64,000 nt of DNA from Phoronis australis (taxonomy: Eukaryota; Animalia; Phoronida). The notes under the pieces were generated by a model. The model was not told the DNA's origin, ran no database searches, and worked only from the letters and a program-made list of their open reading frames with translations. The translations under genes and the position numbers were made by a program. Shown here piece by piece: positions 11,725-24,468 of this stretch (position 1 is its first letter; every line of letters starts with the position of its first letter). The stretch lies in NCBI GenBank assembly GCA_002633005.1, contig NMRA01000408.1:1-64000 (forward strand), read 5' to 3'.

Positions 11725-11957
11725 TTATTGGTGGATGGGATGTGAATATGGGGTGCTGAAAATATTTCCAGGAATGTCGGTTCGAAGCAATGGGTAAACG
11801 TGTAGTGAGCTTATCTCGGTTCTAACAAGGGATCACCAAAATGTTTAGATTACTACTGACCTTGAGATTTCTTGTTACTTTATCTCTTCCCAGGACAAAC
11901 TAAAAAACTGGTAATACCATATATGATGCAATTTAGTTATGTCTTCATTTTTACCAA

Positions 11958-12152
11958 AATAATAATATTGATAATGAAAATATCAATAACAATAATAATA
12001 ATAACAATAATAATAATAACAACAAGAATAATAAAAACAAGAACAATAATAATAATAATAATAATAACAAGAATAATAAAAACAAGAACAATAATAATAA
12101 TAATAATAATAACAAGAATAATAAAAACAAGAACAAGTATAATAACAAGAAC

Positions 12153-12190
<38 letters not shown>

Positions 12191-12252
12191 GAATAATGAA
12201 AACAAGAACAAGTATAATAACAAGAACAATAATAATAACAAGAATAATAATA
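11958..12252. repeat. Compound (AAT)n/(AAC)/(AAG) microsatellite
   Basis: Direct inspection. It creates the spurious Ile-rich and Leu-rich ORFs. Confidence 0.97.
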
Positions 12253-14397
12253 AGCAGCGGTTATAAGACAAATAAATTAGTTTATCTGTTGAGGATAAAA
12301 TGAACAAGAACATATACTAAAATGAGGCTTATTCGCAGTACTTTCCTCAAGGCTAAAGTTACACTGGTATTTCTCTCCGTCCATGAGTTTTCTTGTTTTT
12401 CTCATACTATATGTACTTTTGCATTTACGCCCGTAAGACCACTCCGTGAGTTAGCGACACACCTGTTCACAATCTAACTCTGGCATGCATTTAGAATTTA
12501 ATGATAGATTTGCCCCAATATGTTCAAATTGATTCAATTTCCACTGATCGATGCATCAAGAAATACCCATTCAAAAAGGGAAAAATTGAACAGATGATAA
12601 TAAAAATGAGTATGCGAGAACAATCTCAGTGCTCAGAGGCGAATCTATGGGTGGGGGGGGGGGTTCAGGGGTTCAGGGGTTCGGGGGGTTCAAAGCATTT
12701 TGGAGAACAGTGAATAAAGCCCAGTATCTGAAAGTTTCATGCGAGTCCAATCTGCCAATTTCTGAGATATGATGTTACAAAATCAGCCAAATTTGGACAT
12801 TTTCCAGTATCCAACATACACGTCTTGAGCACATAAAATCCATCTTTCTAAACTAATACTACAAAATACACAAAGTATGTTTAAAGTGAATCATTGTACT
12901 AAAGGTATTGTAAAAACAAGTAAATAAGCCACAATAATGCATTTTTCTGAGTATTTTAGAATGCAGCAGTCCATGGCCTTTATATTCAAATATATGGATC
13001 TATACCAGTTTTTCAGCCTATGTGGACCAGTAGTTATGCTTCTTGTGTTTTCTGCAATCAGACACAACCGTAATGATAAATAATGACAAAATTAATAAAA
13101 TGTTGACTGGATAAATAATTCCAGCATAGTAAAAGCAAATTAAAAGCTTGTTGTTATGACGAAGTGATGCATTTCCTGTGAAAATTTACACAGTGCAATG
13201 ACCACTCCCAAATGCAAGGACGTTGCCTTAGCTTCGAAAATGGGTCCATATTCAAACATAATTCTAATTACCTGATTGTGTAATACCACTTCTCACGTTA
13301 CCACACTGAATCTGAATTGACATCATACAAAATCTTCATACGTGGGCCAATATTGGCCAAAAGGGTTTGAAATATGTGTGTCAGTTCAGAAATTCTATCC
13401 TAAGCTTCACAGTCTATAATTTGAAAGTTGAATGCACCAATGTCATGGGGCAGATGGCCAAAATGAAGGCTACAGCAGATAATTTTTATGCCACCAGCAA
13501 CATTACTGTTGTGCACAATCTTTTTATGTTGGCCGGTGCAGTGTTGGTCATGACTGTTAATGTTTGAGAGGTCACGTTGGTGCCAACGCTGAGACACAAT
13601 CTTCAAATCAAGCACTTAATTCTCATTGCCTTCAATTTCATTACTGACATGATGTTAAACCTGATGTTCAAAGGCAACTGAAATTGCTCAGCTTCATCAA
13701 TCTTGTTGCATATGATAATGCACTGTTTACTATCTAACTGTACAAACAATCAGGGGGTATACCCTACAGCCCCTTAAATCTTAACTTGTCAAAACCTTAA
13801 CTTGCACAGTCCCACTACCTGTGCTCACCTGCTAACATCGCCTATTTCCAGCTGCACCTATAATCTAAACCAAGCCCCAGATTTTAACCAAATAGGTCAG
13901 ACTTGTAACTGCGTTGTGGGCACCAGTTGTAACTTTTGTACACATGCTGGTGGCATTTTATGGGGCACTGTGATTTATGAATCACTAAACGTTATCGAAT
14001 GATTAAGTAAATTTAAACGTGTTATCTCCAGATATAGTTGGTCAATATTTGATCAACGTTATCCATTGATGTCGAGCTTACTTTTCCACACGTAACCCGG
14101 TCATCCAGCATTCATTCAAAAACAACTCTACTGCGTATCACACCTGATTTGTTAACTCAAGAAAAATCAAATTACATACCAGGGTGACACTTTTTTCTTG
14201 TATTTCAATTGCTGTACTATCAACAAGCATAAATAACTCCACCGTCCCGTAACATTTCAAAGTCAAAGTCTTACCTTTATTTTAGATATCAACAAAATCT
14301 TAGACCTGACGTCTAAATCAAGATTTCTGGAAACTTGTTGACTTTAAATTAGAGTATACAAATTTTAATGAGTCTTGTCCACAACAATGTTACAAAT

Positions 14398-14760
14398 AGT
14401 AGACTCCCAGGTTCTAATAGGGTCTTTGCAAGTAGGCCACCTAGTAATGGACCGTGGGTAATAGACCCCTGGGTAGTAGGCTCCCAGATAGTAGACCCAC
14501 GGGCAGTAGACCCCCTAGTAGTGGAACGGGGGGTGCAGTAGACTCCCTGGAAGTGGATCTTGAGTAGTTGACTCTAGGGTAGAAGACCCCCTTGTAATAG
14601 GCCAGAAGTAATTACCAAGAAGTAGGCCTCTAACTATCACTCCCCCCAGCTAGTATGCCCACAGGTAGTAAGCCCCCATTTATAAGACCCCTCCTGGATA
14701 GAAGGCCCTCAGGTACTAGTAAGCCCCCCCAAATAAAAGACCATCTGGCAGTAGACATGA
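14398..14760. repeat. Degenerate ~15-bp minisatellite (consensus AGTAGACCCCnGGGT-like)
   Basis: Successive units aatagacccctgggt, agtaggctcccagat, agtagacccacgggc, agtagaccccctagt, agtagactccctgga. Confidence 0.75.
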
Positions 14761-16183
14761 CAAGTTGATGAACAGTCATAAGTTGGAGTTTGAAGTCTAC
14801 TGGAAAATAACACAAGAGTCTCTTTGAAAGGATTTTGGTTCGCATAATATCTATTCATATTGTGTTTTTATTTTCCTTTGTTATTTTACCTGCAAAAAGT
14901 AGAGATAAAGTCATTTTGTTATTGATTGTTGTCAAGAAGAATTGAAGCATGAACATGCGATGTGAAGCAGCAATCAAATTTTTTTTTTTTGAAATTTTGA
15001 GTTTGAATTTATTTTCTTTTAATTTTCTGTGAGGTTTACATGCAAGAAAACTTATTAACATTTTTCAGTGTTTCCCATTTTTGGGTACAAATGGGTTTTG
15101 TACTCAATACTTCATGACAGGGCATGTTATGAAAAATGTCCAATAACTTGTGCACAAATTGTTAAAAGCCTACACGATAAATACAAATAGATGAAGTGGA
15201 AAAGAGTTTCTGTGAGCATAATCAAGTGTACATGTGGAAAATTGAAGTCATCACAAATCTTGGTTCTACCTCACCGATTTACTATATATGGCTGGTATCA
15301 TGCTTCAACAGCAAACAAAAATATTTGTCCGGGATATCATCTAAATCATATATCAACAGGAAATGGCCAGATAGTCTAAAGGGATAAACCTGTCATGGAC
15401 TGTCACCAGAATGGGTAAAGATTGGACAGTGTGATTAAAGCTTTAATGAGCTTTAATACCTTCCCTAATCACCTGGTAACACTGTCAAGTTACCTGTTAA
15501 GTCCCTTGTGTAAACTAATCACTCTTGTACAGGCCTCAAGTGGGTTGTCAAGCGGAGACAGGTCTCAGTGACATTGACCATTTTTGCGATGGTCATGGAA
15601 GGCATAGTCTGGTGTCGCAGCTGTCTAAATTTACAACGGTTCTTACCAGCAGTGTGGCGTCTTCAGCAGACACTTGAAATGAATGGAAATAAAATTGAAT
15701 AAGTGGAACAAAAATTGGAACAATGCGAGCTCAAAATTCAAATGAAAAGTGCTATCAAATTTTGTTTTTCATATGTTATGTCAATTTTCAGACATTTGTC
15801 CTTCCCATCTGGAATTCTATCAATCTGTTTCACTACTTTAGTATTGATAATAGTATGAATTATGTTAAGAACAACATTAATAAAACAGCTTATTATTTAA
15901 AATGACTTATTATTATTATTAAAATGACAGGCAAAAGATTTAATTTCAGGCCTCAGAAGTGAAGGCGGCTGAGGAGCGAGGCCATCCATACTAATATAGG
16001 CAGCCCCACCGGAAGGCTGCCGAAGAGTAATAATAATAAATAATAAATGATAAACAATAATAGTAATAGTAGCAATAGTAACTACAACAATTTTGTAGAA
16101 TAAGGAACAAGACAATTTGAATTTAACAAGAGCAACTTAAATGTTTTTGATTGCTTCCTTTACTGACATTAATTAGTATATTT

Positions 16184-16880
16184 CAAACTTCAAAAAACTC
16201 AGCATTTACATGAACAGAATTAAAAAGAAAATAGTCATGTGAATAACATACCATTATTGTGGTTTGAAAGGTAGAAACCAAGCGAAAATGGAAATTTTCC
16301 GAATATCAATAAAAACAACCAGAATTGCATTGTTTTCCATGACATAAAATCTCAAATAAAATGCATCGACCTCTAATGTAAGAAACACAAAAACGACAGG
16401 AAACTATTTCTCACAATTTATTAACAACCTTAATTTGAAGTGGATCACATCACTCAGATATCCTTCCACTGAGCCCACTGTAGTCCTTAAACAGCAGACA
16501 GAAATATTAATGAATGAATGAGCAGAAGTCANCAAACTTCAAAAAACTCAGCATTTACATAAACAGAATTAAAAAGAAAATAGTCATGTGAATAACATAC
16601 CATTATTGTGGTTTGAAAGGTAGAAACCAAGCGAAAATGGAAATTTTCCGAATATCAATAAAAACAACCAGAATTGCATTGTTTTCCATGACATAAAATC
16701 TCAAATAAAATGCATCGACCTCTAATGTAAGAAACACAAAAACGACAGGAAACTATTTCTCACAATTTATTAACAACCTTAATTTGAAGTGGATCACATC
16801 ACTCAGATATCCTTCCACTGAGCCCACTGTAGTCCTTAAACAGCAGACAGAAATATTAATGAATGAATGAGCAGAAGTCA
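16184..16880. repeat. 348-bp tandem duplication across an N (likely assembly overlap)
   Basis: 16184-16531 equals 16533-16880 except one G/A difference that I noticed (catgaacag/cataaacag). The junction is a single n at 16532. Confidence 0.93.
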
Positions 16881-17989
16881 TACCTTGGGAAATAGCCGTC
16901 ATTAAAAAGTAACTTCATGTTGTCAGCTGACACATTCACTCACTGAAATGAATGAACGATGGTTATTTTCCCAGGGACTAACTCATGGTCAGGTTTTAAA
17001 CATGACTTACAGTGAGCAAATACCTTACCAGTGACAGTTTGAAAAGCAATTTCAACAACTTCTTCACAGTTCTGTTTTATCAACTTGATATATTTTTACT
17101 AGGTGAAATGAAATTTTTCCAAGTATGTTGCTTTGTCATAAAATTTGTTTGTTAGTTTTTTGTTCCTTGTTTGCGCGCTACAGATTGCAATTCTTACTGG
17201 ATCAACGTGAAATTTACAAACAACATGTGTCTTGTGAATGGCTCAAAGCCTATTTTTTTGTTGAAATCCGATACAAGATGGCACTATGGTGGCCATTTTT
17301 TTCTTTTTAGTTTGGGGAGCCATACCTCTGCTGTTTCTAGTCAGATTTTTCTTTCTGAAGATAAATGATTCCAAGGGCTATTGCAAGTGTCTCATTTGTT
17401 TTTCTCTAATTCTTATCATTTTCGAGGTATTTGAGATTTTCAGAGGACTGACTTTTGATAAAAATTTAGGATGGTCTACAAAACTGAAATTTGTCAAATA
17501 TTTTTCGCCCTTCAAAATAAGCGCATTTTTGTCCTGAAAGCATTCCCAAATTTTTCGACTTATTAATTTTTTGTTAATCATCAAACAAATTTCATTGTTT
17601 CCCAATCACTGACAATTTAAAAAAAAAATTTCTCAGTGTCCTAAAGTACCTCAATACTTGAACTGCTACAAAGTGCCTTCAGTAAAAAAAAATTCTTTTA
17701 CTTACGGTTATGAAACTGGTCACAAAATATTCCTTACTCAAATTAGTGGTACCATCTTGAAAAGAATTGGCAGTTCGTTATTGCTCAAGACCAGGCAAAA
17801 TAAGCTGACTGTTGTACATTATCTTATGCTCCAGCATATTTTGGAACAGCAACAAACAGGTCAGCTCTTTCCAAACCCAGCAATCTCATGACTTAAGAAC
17901 AACTTCATACCGGTTTTGTAGCGATGAGTATTCAAGTGTCTTTGATGGCCAGTTACACACTCAGGTTTATAACAGTTTAAATTTTTTCA

Positions 17990-18315
17990 CTGTAAAAATT
18001 CTCCAGTTTGAGACAGTGGAAAAATAATTACTTTGCTCAAGGTACTAGCTTGTACCAAATTAGCAAAATTCGTAATATTGACTGTCCCAAATTCAAGGGC
18101 ACTGCCAGCAGTTTTTACTGATGTGTAAATGATCCGAGTTACTTTTTATGAGCTCCTAAATTTATTTTCACATCCTGTTATGAGAAAATACACCCACTGG
18201 TCCACTGAGAGATAGGATGCATGTCCCAAATTTCAGAATCAGGAAATTCAATCTCACCTTGAATTTTGGTGTCCCAAATTTTGGAGACTGTCCTAAATTA
18301 GAGAATTTTACCATA
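17990..18315 (+). mobile_element. TcMar-like MITE, TIR ~ctgtaaaaattctccagtttgggac, copy 1
   Basis: Left tgtaaaaattctccagtttgagacag versus right ctgtcctaaattagagaattttaccata. Internal gtcccaaatt subrepeats. Homologues at 45109-45469 and 47291-47554. Confidence 0.75.
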
Positions 18316-18344
18316 ATTTGCAACAGTGTGTTCTGTCATTTATC

Positions 18345-18440
18345 AGCTGAGATTTAACTCCGCCAGCAGTGCAGTTGGACATGACCAAGGGGGTTCTAGG
18401 TTCGAATACGCACAGAGGCTCATCTCAGAAAATAACTTTT
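18345..18440 (+). mobile_element. Possible tRNA-derived SINE head remnant
   Basis: B-box-like ggttcgaatac at 18399-18409 with a degenerate A-box-like ttaactccgccagcag ~45 bp upstream. No cloverleaf. Confidence 0.3.
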
Positions 18441-21400
18441 TTGGCAACTACTGTCTGGTTTACCTTTCTTGCTGCAGGGGAGTTCCACAACTCCACAATT
18501 TAATTCATCTATTTTGGTAGGAATTCCAATGGCTGTTTACGTCCGGGAAGTCCCACTCCGACTAAATCTTTACAAACCGCAAGGTGGAAGCGACCAAAAT
18601 GAGGAATACAGATAGTGCAACTTTAATATAATACTATCTCACAGGGCAATGTATGCAATGTCAGCATTCGTAGGTAAAATATTAACACAGTTGGAAAAGA
18701 ACAAATTCCTTCACTCTGTAGTGCCTGTCCACACCATAAAAACTGATATAAATAAGCACATACTACTGATCATTCACAATTGACAGTTGTCCTGCTTTTG
18801 GCAGGACCCTCCTCCCCCCCGCCTCTTGAAGCTTTTTCCCACGGCCCATCAATGTCAGAATGCCCCACTGTACATATATTTACAGACTGATGCCCTCTGG
18901 CTGTATATTTCTGTGGTTTTGCACACTATATAGCCGATTTCCCCTTCCATTTCGCACAGCTGACTGAAAAGGCAAAAGCAAGTTAAAAAGTGTCAGAGTG
19001 GTGTTTCTGAGCATTTTGATGATATGGCTGGACAATTGTCCCCCTTGTGTGTGGTATGGCCTGGATCTAGATGTCCCCCTTTTTCATTTTGAAATGTTGT
19101 TAACCATGTGCATTGATTGAAAGAAGTGACAAAAACATTAAACAATGAAATATAGACCTATCACATTCCCTGATCTAAATCAAAATGACACTTCAGAAAT
19201 AGCAGGAGTAATCAAAACCCATTTCAATAGACAGAGTTCACCAAATGCACGAAATTTATCAGTTCAACTGAGGCGCCAAACCAACCTTGACATGAAAAAG
19301 AGAGAAATAAACCAATGTTTTCCCATATCTATTTATTCCTCTAATCCTCAGTGTATATTAATACTCAAAACATATCAATGATTTTTATCAAAACACAATT
19401 CATCGCCTTTTCCCCTCGTGTATGTTTTTCCAACCAAAACCTCTTAGACTATCTATTTCCAAGCTAAACAAACTGTTTAGAATCAAGTCACAGGTTCAGT
19501 ATATCTTGTCTCCATTGAGCAATCAGAGGTGTTTAGCTATTGGCTATTGGGTCTATACATTGTATCGGCCTATTTTTGCATGACTGAGTTTTTTCACGCA
19601 GCAGACAATACAGCGGAAAAACGTGTGAACATTTGTAAATATTCCACTTGTTCTACGAAGACACTATGTCTGAGTTTTAAAGTCAGAAAAAATAAAATAA
19701 TATTAATAAAATACAACATGAGCTTTTTGATAGTGCCGCATATCCATTGCAGGTTGATGTGTAAAATGCGTGTCCATATTTCGCTATGCCTTAAAACATT
19801 AAAGTGCACGACAAATCAATAATTAACTGAAATTTAGAATAACTTGAATAAAATGTGAAGTGATCACGACATGATAAGATAGGTCTTTCATGAAGTGGCG
19901 TTAAGTTAGACTATTACATTCTGCAAAAAACAAGTGTTTGTTTAGGCCTCTTGCCCTTATAAAATAGGTCTTATCTTGTTCCTTGCTCAGCTTATAAGTG
20001 ACCTCTGGGCTCATGAAGAACTGTCAGCTACTTGTCTTTACAGATGAAGCTCGTGAAATTTCCAGTCATGGTGTGGCCAGTAATTTTATTTGCTTGGTCT
20101 GAAGAAATAACGAATTGTCATTTCCTTAGAATCCATGAAATCACCTCCAATTTGTCTTAAAGATACAATTTGCGACCAATTCCATAACAGTACTTACTAA
20201 AGTGTTTTTCTCAGAAAGCAAGGGTTTAATGCCAGTTTAAGTATTCGGAAATATTGGGTCATTTTACACCTGTTGGCAGATTCAGAATGACTAAGTTTTA
20301 TCACAAAGACAGGAGAATAGCCTAGGGATGGGTGACAACTGAGCTAGTCAGCTGGAACAAGTCTTTCCAGCATATCCTGAATAGAACAGCGTGGATTGAA
20401 AAGATATTGGTTAATTAATCCTTTCACCAATTGGGCTTTTCTTAAGGAGTGTTAAGTGAGCACTTCTTGCCAGCCCCTGTTGAAGGAGGGAATAGTTTGA
20501 CATAAATCTCAATTGTAGAAACCTTGTGCAACACAAACTGGGGTTTTATTTACATTTACGTATTTAGGACCCTTATAATCATTTTCCGTAATATATTTTT
20601 GGTAGAAAATTTCTAGAAAAAGTATGAATAAAGCATCTGTAGACATTAGCGGACCCAAAGGAATAAGCCAACATTGAGATTCAAGTGGAAACAAGACAGA
20701 AAATTACTAAATAAAACATCAAATGAACTTTTATTCATTCAGAGTGTTATACTTTATTTTGCATGAATTGCTGGCTAAACAGATTTTCTAAAATACGAAC
20801 AAATTAATTCACATGTAAACCTAGGCTGAACGTAGTTGGAAAGTGAAATATCAGATGGTTTTGATCTTGATAAATCGACAATACCATTAATAACATAATT
20901 TTCGAACAAAGAAAACAATTTTCAGGGATGTTGAATAGAACAGCTAGCTTATTAACCTGGTCACTGTACAGTACATATGTTGACCACATGTTGACCATTT
21001 GGCACAGGTGGGTGTTAAAAGATAAAAATACCTGATCTCAAACCACTCCAATCAGCCTGTTCTTATACAGGTGTGTACCTGGTGACCAGGAAATCTCCGA
21101 CTGCCCCCTGTAGGCTAGTATCTCCCCTAAAAATTGTCCAAATCATAATCATGAATGTATAAAAAATAATAAATCTCATAAGCATTCAAAAATTAACTTT
21201 GGAAAAGTACTTGAGACATGAACATATAACCCGTTAAGTTTTCCTTGATAAGAGTAGAGCTTTTTCACTTGTCAGTTCTGTACCAATTTTACATCTAGGG
21301 TTGAACCAAATAACCATTGGAAGTAAGTACCTCCAATAAAGACTGATATTTCATACCTGTACTGAAACCATGGGCGTGAAACTGAGGAGTTCTAAAAATG

Positions 21401-22954
21401 GGGTTGCATTTACACCCAGGTGGGCTTGTAACCACCATTCGGGCATAACCACATTGGGTTGCATACACATTCGATAAATGCACAATGTTGGTATCTTATT
21501 GTTTTTCCTAACCTGTTTTACGCTAGCAAGAGAAGTGGTCAATTTGACATGAACTAGGAGAGAGGGGGCGGGCTATACCTGACCAGCTGGGCTTACACTC
21601 CACTCCGGAAAAATTAGGGTTCGGCTCATGTACTTGGTAGGTAGGCCAACTCGCAAGCATATCCCATCAGGGGATGGGCTTATACCCGAGCAGATACCAT
21701 AATGCAGTCTAAGGAACCGATTTCTAGGGAATGGCAACCTCAAAAGCATGATATTTCCATAACATTTTTCTGGAAGTTTTGTTGTTATTAAGAATTGTTT
21801 TCTAGTTAAAAATACCTAAGCAAGCACATGAACTTGAATGTTTTGTGCAAAATGTAACATGTGTTCATTTATAGAGTACCCCCAGGGGTGACATTAACAC
21901 CATAAATTTATAACTCCACAGGAAACATAACCACTCAGGTTATTACAATGTCAGTGTTATGTGTTGATAAGCAAGCGCACTTGACAGCAGGTGTGCGGAA
22001 ATAATAGATTCCCCCCACTCCCAGCAAAGTTCACAACAGACCTCTGTGACACTGAACTCAGACACACCCTTGAATGATCTAATAATACATTCCATGGTGT
22101 CTATGAAAAACATCTCTAAATTTGGAAACTGTAACATCTTGCAATGCACTTAGGACAAAATTCATTTCCTGTGCACGAAATAGACTTGTTCACAGTCAAT
22201 GGTGTTTACAGGAAGACAGCTCACTATATAAATTTACTAGGTCAAGTAAAGCAGTGTAGTACAGATAATATTAAGAAAACAGTTTTAACCCAAATTTTCA
22301 CCAACCATTAGTATTCCAAAATTCAAACATACTTTCCTACTCAGTTAAATCTCAAAACCAGTGAATTTGAAAATGAACTGATGACACAAAGAAATGAGGG
22401 AGGCTTGTTGCACAGCGATAAACAGCATATGTTTAACATGAATTAGAAAAACAACCGGAAAATGACATAACAATTGGTAACAAGCTGAAATTAGACTATT
22501 TTAACAGGGCAAGTGACAGCTGGTGATCACTCAAAAGTGGGTCACAACTTGTGGTCATCTGGTCCAAAGTGTGACACCCTGTCATATCTCCATCTTCAAA
22601 GGGATGACAGTGCATGGTGATTAACATCAGACCTCAAAATTGTAATACAGGCTCCTGCTTCACAAAATGTTCTAACTTTCTGTTTTTTACAAATAGTCTA
22701 TAAACAGAAATTCTCGTCAAAACTTACAACTGGCAGTAAGTGTCGATTCGGACTCTGTGAAAACCACACAAAGCTACGAAATTTTAGTGAAAAAGGCCCC
22801 GGTATCGACCCATCATTCAGTTGCACCATGGACTGTTTAACTGCATTTGCTTATCATCTTGTGCTTTCCCTTCCAAAAATCAGACCAATTTCAAAATATT
22901 ACAGGGTAGTGAATTTAAACTGTGCTTTACTTATAATCAAACTTGCACTTCACT

Positions 22955-23040
22955 CGGCTAAAAAAAAATCAAATTAGGCATTTTACTCACGTAAAATTGA
23001 TCTCATAATATTCCTTACCCTGATAGGATTCTCTTTATGA
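22955..23040 (+). repeat. Dispersed repeat fragment shared with 47630-47710
   Basis: ggctaaaaaaa..tcaaa.tagg..ttttactc...taaaat.g.tctc.taatattcct.acc.tga in both places. Confidence 0.75.
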
Positions 23041-24305
23041 AAGTAAAAGGCCTTAAATTCAATTTTCGTTTTTGTCACTTATACAGGGTGCAGTGCAGGT
23101 TGAACAAAGGCATACGAGAATAATAATTTTCAATTCATAAATGACACCAAATAAAAACTGTATGGAAACACTATGGGTTCATTCATTAGACCTAGGAACT
23201 TATAGCGCAGCTTGATTAAAGATGCTTGCGAACATCGTTTTCACAGCAATTACTACATGGTTAAATGATACTGAATTGAAATTACCCATTTTAGACAATT
23301 CTGATAGGAGTAGTGCGCAACTCTTAAGAATATTTTAATTTCGTGATACATTTACAGAGCCTTGATTATGAAGACCTGTCACATGAATGTAAATTTGCTG
23401 TGAATGAGGTAATGCGATACGCAAGACCAACCATACAAATCATTAGAATGCTGGGAATCTTTCAATTGAGAATTTTGCTGTCATGGTGTAGCGTTTCCTC
23501 ACATCAAATGTGTAACAATGCAAAAGGCACACCTGAGTACCAAGCACGTATACCTGGAGGATGGAGATAATACTATTTTAATGCTGTTTAAAATAAACCA
23601 ATGCTGGTGTGTTATGCACACCCCTTGGGTAGCCTATTTCCATGTAATTGATCTGATTCTATTTTTAGTCAGTTGCTCAGGGGAGCTGGCTGCAAGGACA
23701 AACAGCACAGTGGTTGTGGACCAACTATACTTGGACAAGTCAGTATCAAGGTATCGGGATAAATCTAGAATATCAAATAAAGTCACACACCAGTACCTCA
23801 GTAAACCTGCAGAAGAATGCGAGAAATGTGCCGCCTGCTCTTGAGGTCTACTGTGAACAAGCTTCTTCATTTAATTCATCAGATATGAAATGCTTAAATT
23901 GGTTGTTTTCTTCTGCCCATCGTTAGATGAATTCAACAACTTCAAAACACTTGATCCATATTTTTATCAGTCACTGACCACCCACATCCCCCTGCCCTTT
24001 TCTGAAAATTCATTTTGCCACTGTAAACCATCAATGTGCTTCAGCGTTTAAAAACATGATTTCCACGTCACCTAAGTTTCATTGTCCAACATGATATACC
24101 CAAGCCTTAACCGCTTTTACCACAATTCCCAGGTTTTACACTGTGCAGTCAATACTTTGAAATTCCTCTTTTCCTTTTCATGTTCAGGTATTCCCCCACA
24201 AACCTTCCCTGTGATTACTCCACTGTTCCATATCGTCTGGAATTGAAAAACCTAAGCTGGCGCACCATAGGGGGCTAAGGCCACCCATGAAAACATCCTA
24301 GATAC

Positions 24306-24468
24306 CAGTGGGGGATTTAAGGGGGGGCCAAGGGGGCCATGGCCCCCCTAAAATTCTCCCACATCCCATTTGGCAGTACATAGGTGTGAATGTCTGATGG
24401 GCAAAATTCTGGCTAGTACTCTATCCTGCCCAACCCCCCCCCACTTCAAAATCGTGAATCTGCCCCTG
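24306..24468 (-). mobile_element. 163-bp CAG...CTG MITE with 5-bp TSD, second copy
   Basis: Ends cagtgggggattt / aatctgcccctg. TSD gatac at 24301-24305 and 24469-24473. Reverse-complement homologue of 6264-6431. Confidence 0.85.

Noticed and set aside
11872-12313. 143-aa Ile-rich and 120-aa Leu-rich ORFs
   Set aside because: Translations of the AAT/AAC microsatellite.
13390-13740. Possible Tc1 transposase N-terminal (HTH) remnant on the minus strand
   Set aside because: Only a vague DxxxTGxxKK resemblance across frameshifts; no DDE motifs or TIR pair established.
15999-16021. GC hairpin ggcagcc-9nt-ggctgcc resembling a terminator
   Set aside because: Eukaryotic context and no U-tract. More likely a Helitron/Helentron end remnant, but no partner end was found.
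17020-17075. Candidate minus-strand micro-exon (donor gtaagg), and a similar one at ~41436-41480
   Set aside because: Poor polypyrimidine tracts, no recognisable peptide and no consistent exon chain.
23690-23960. Possible very old L2/CR1 reverse transcriptase fragment (QYQGIGINL resembling YKYLG)
   Set aside because: A single degenerate motif, not supportable without an HMM search.
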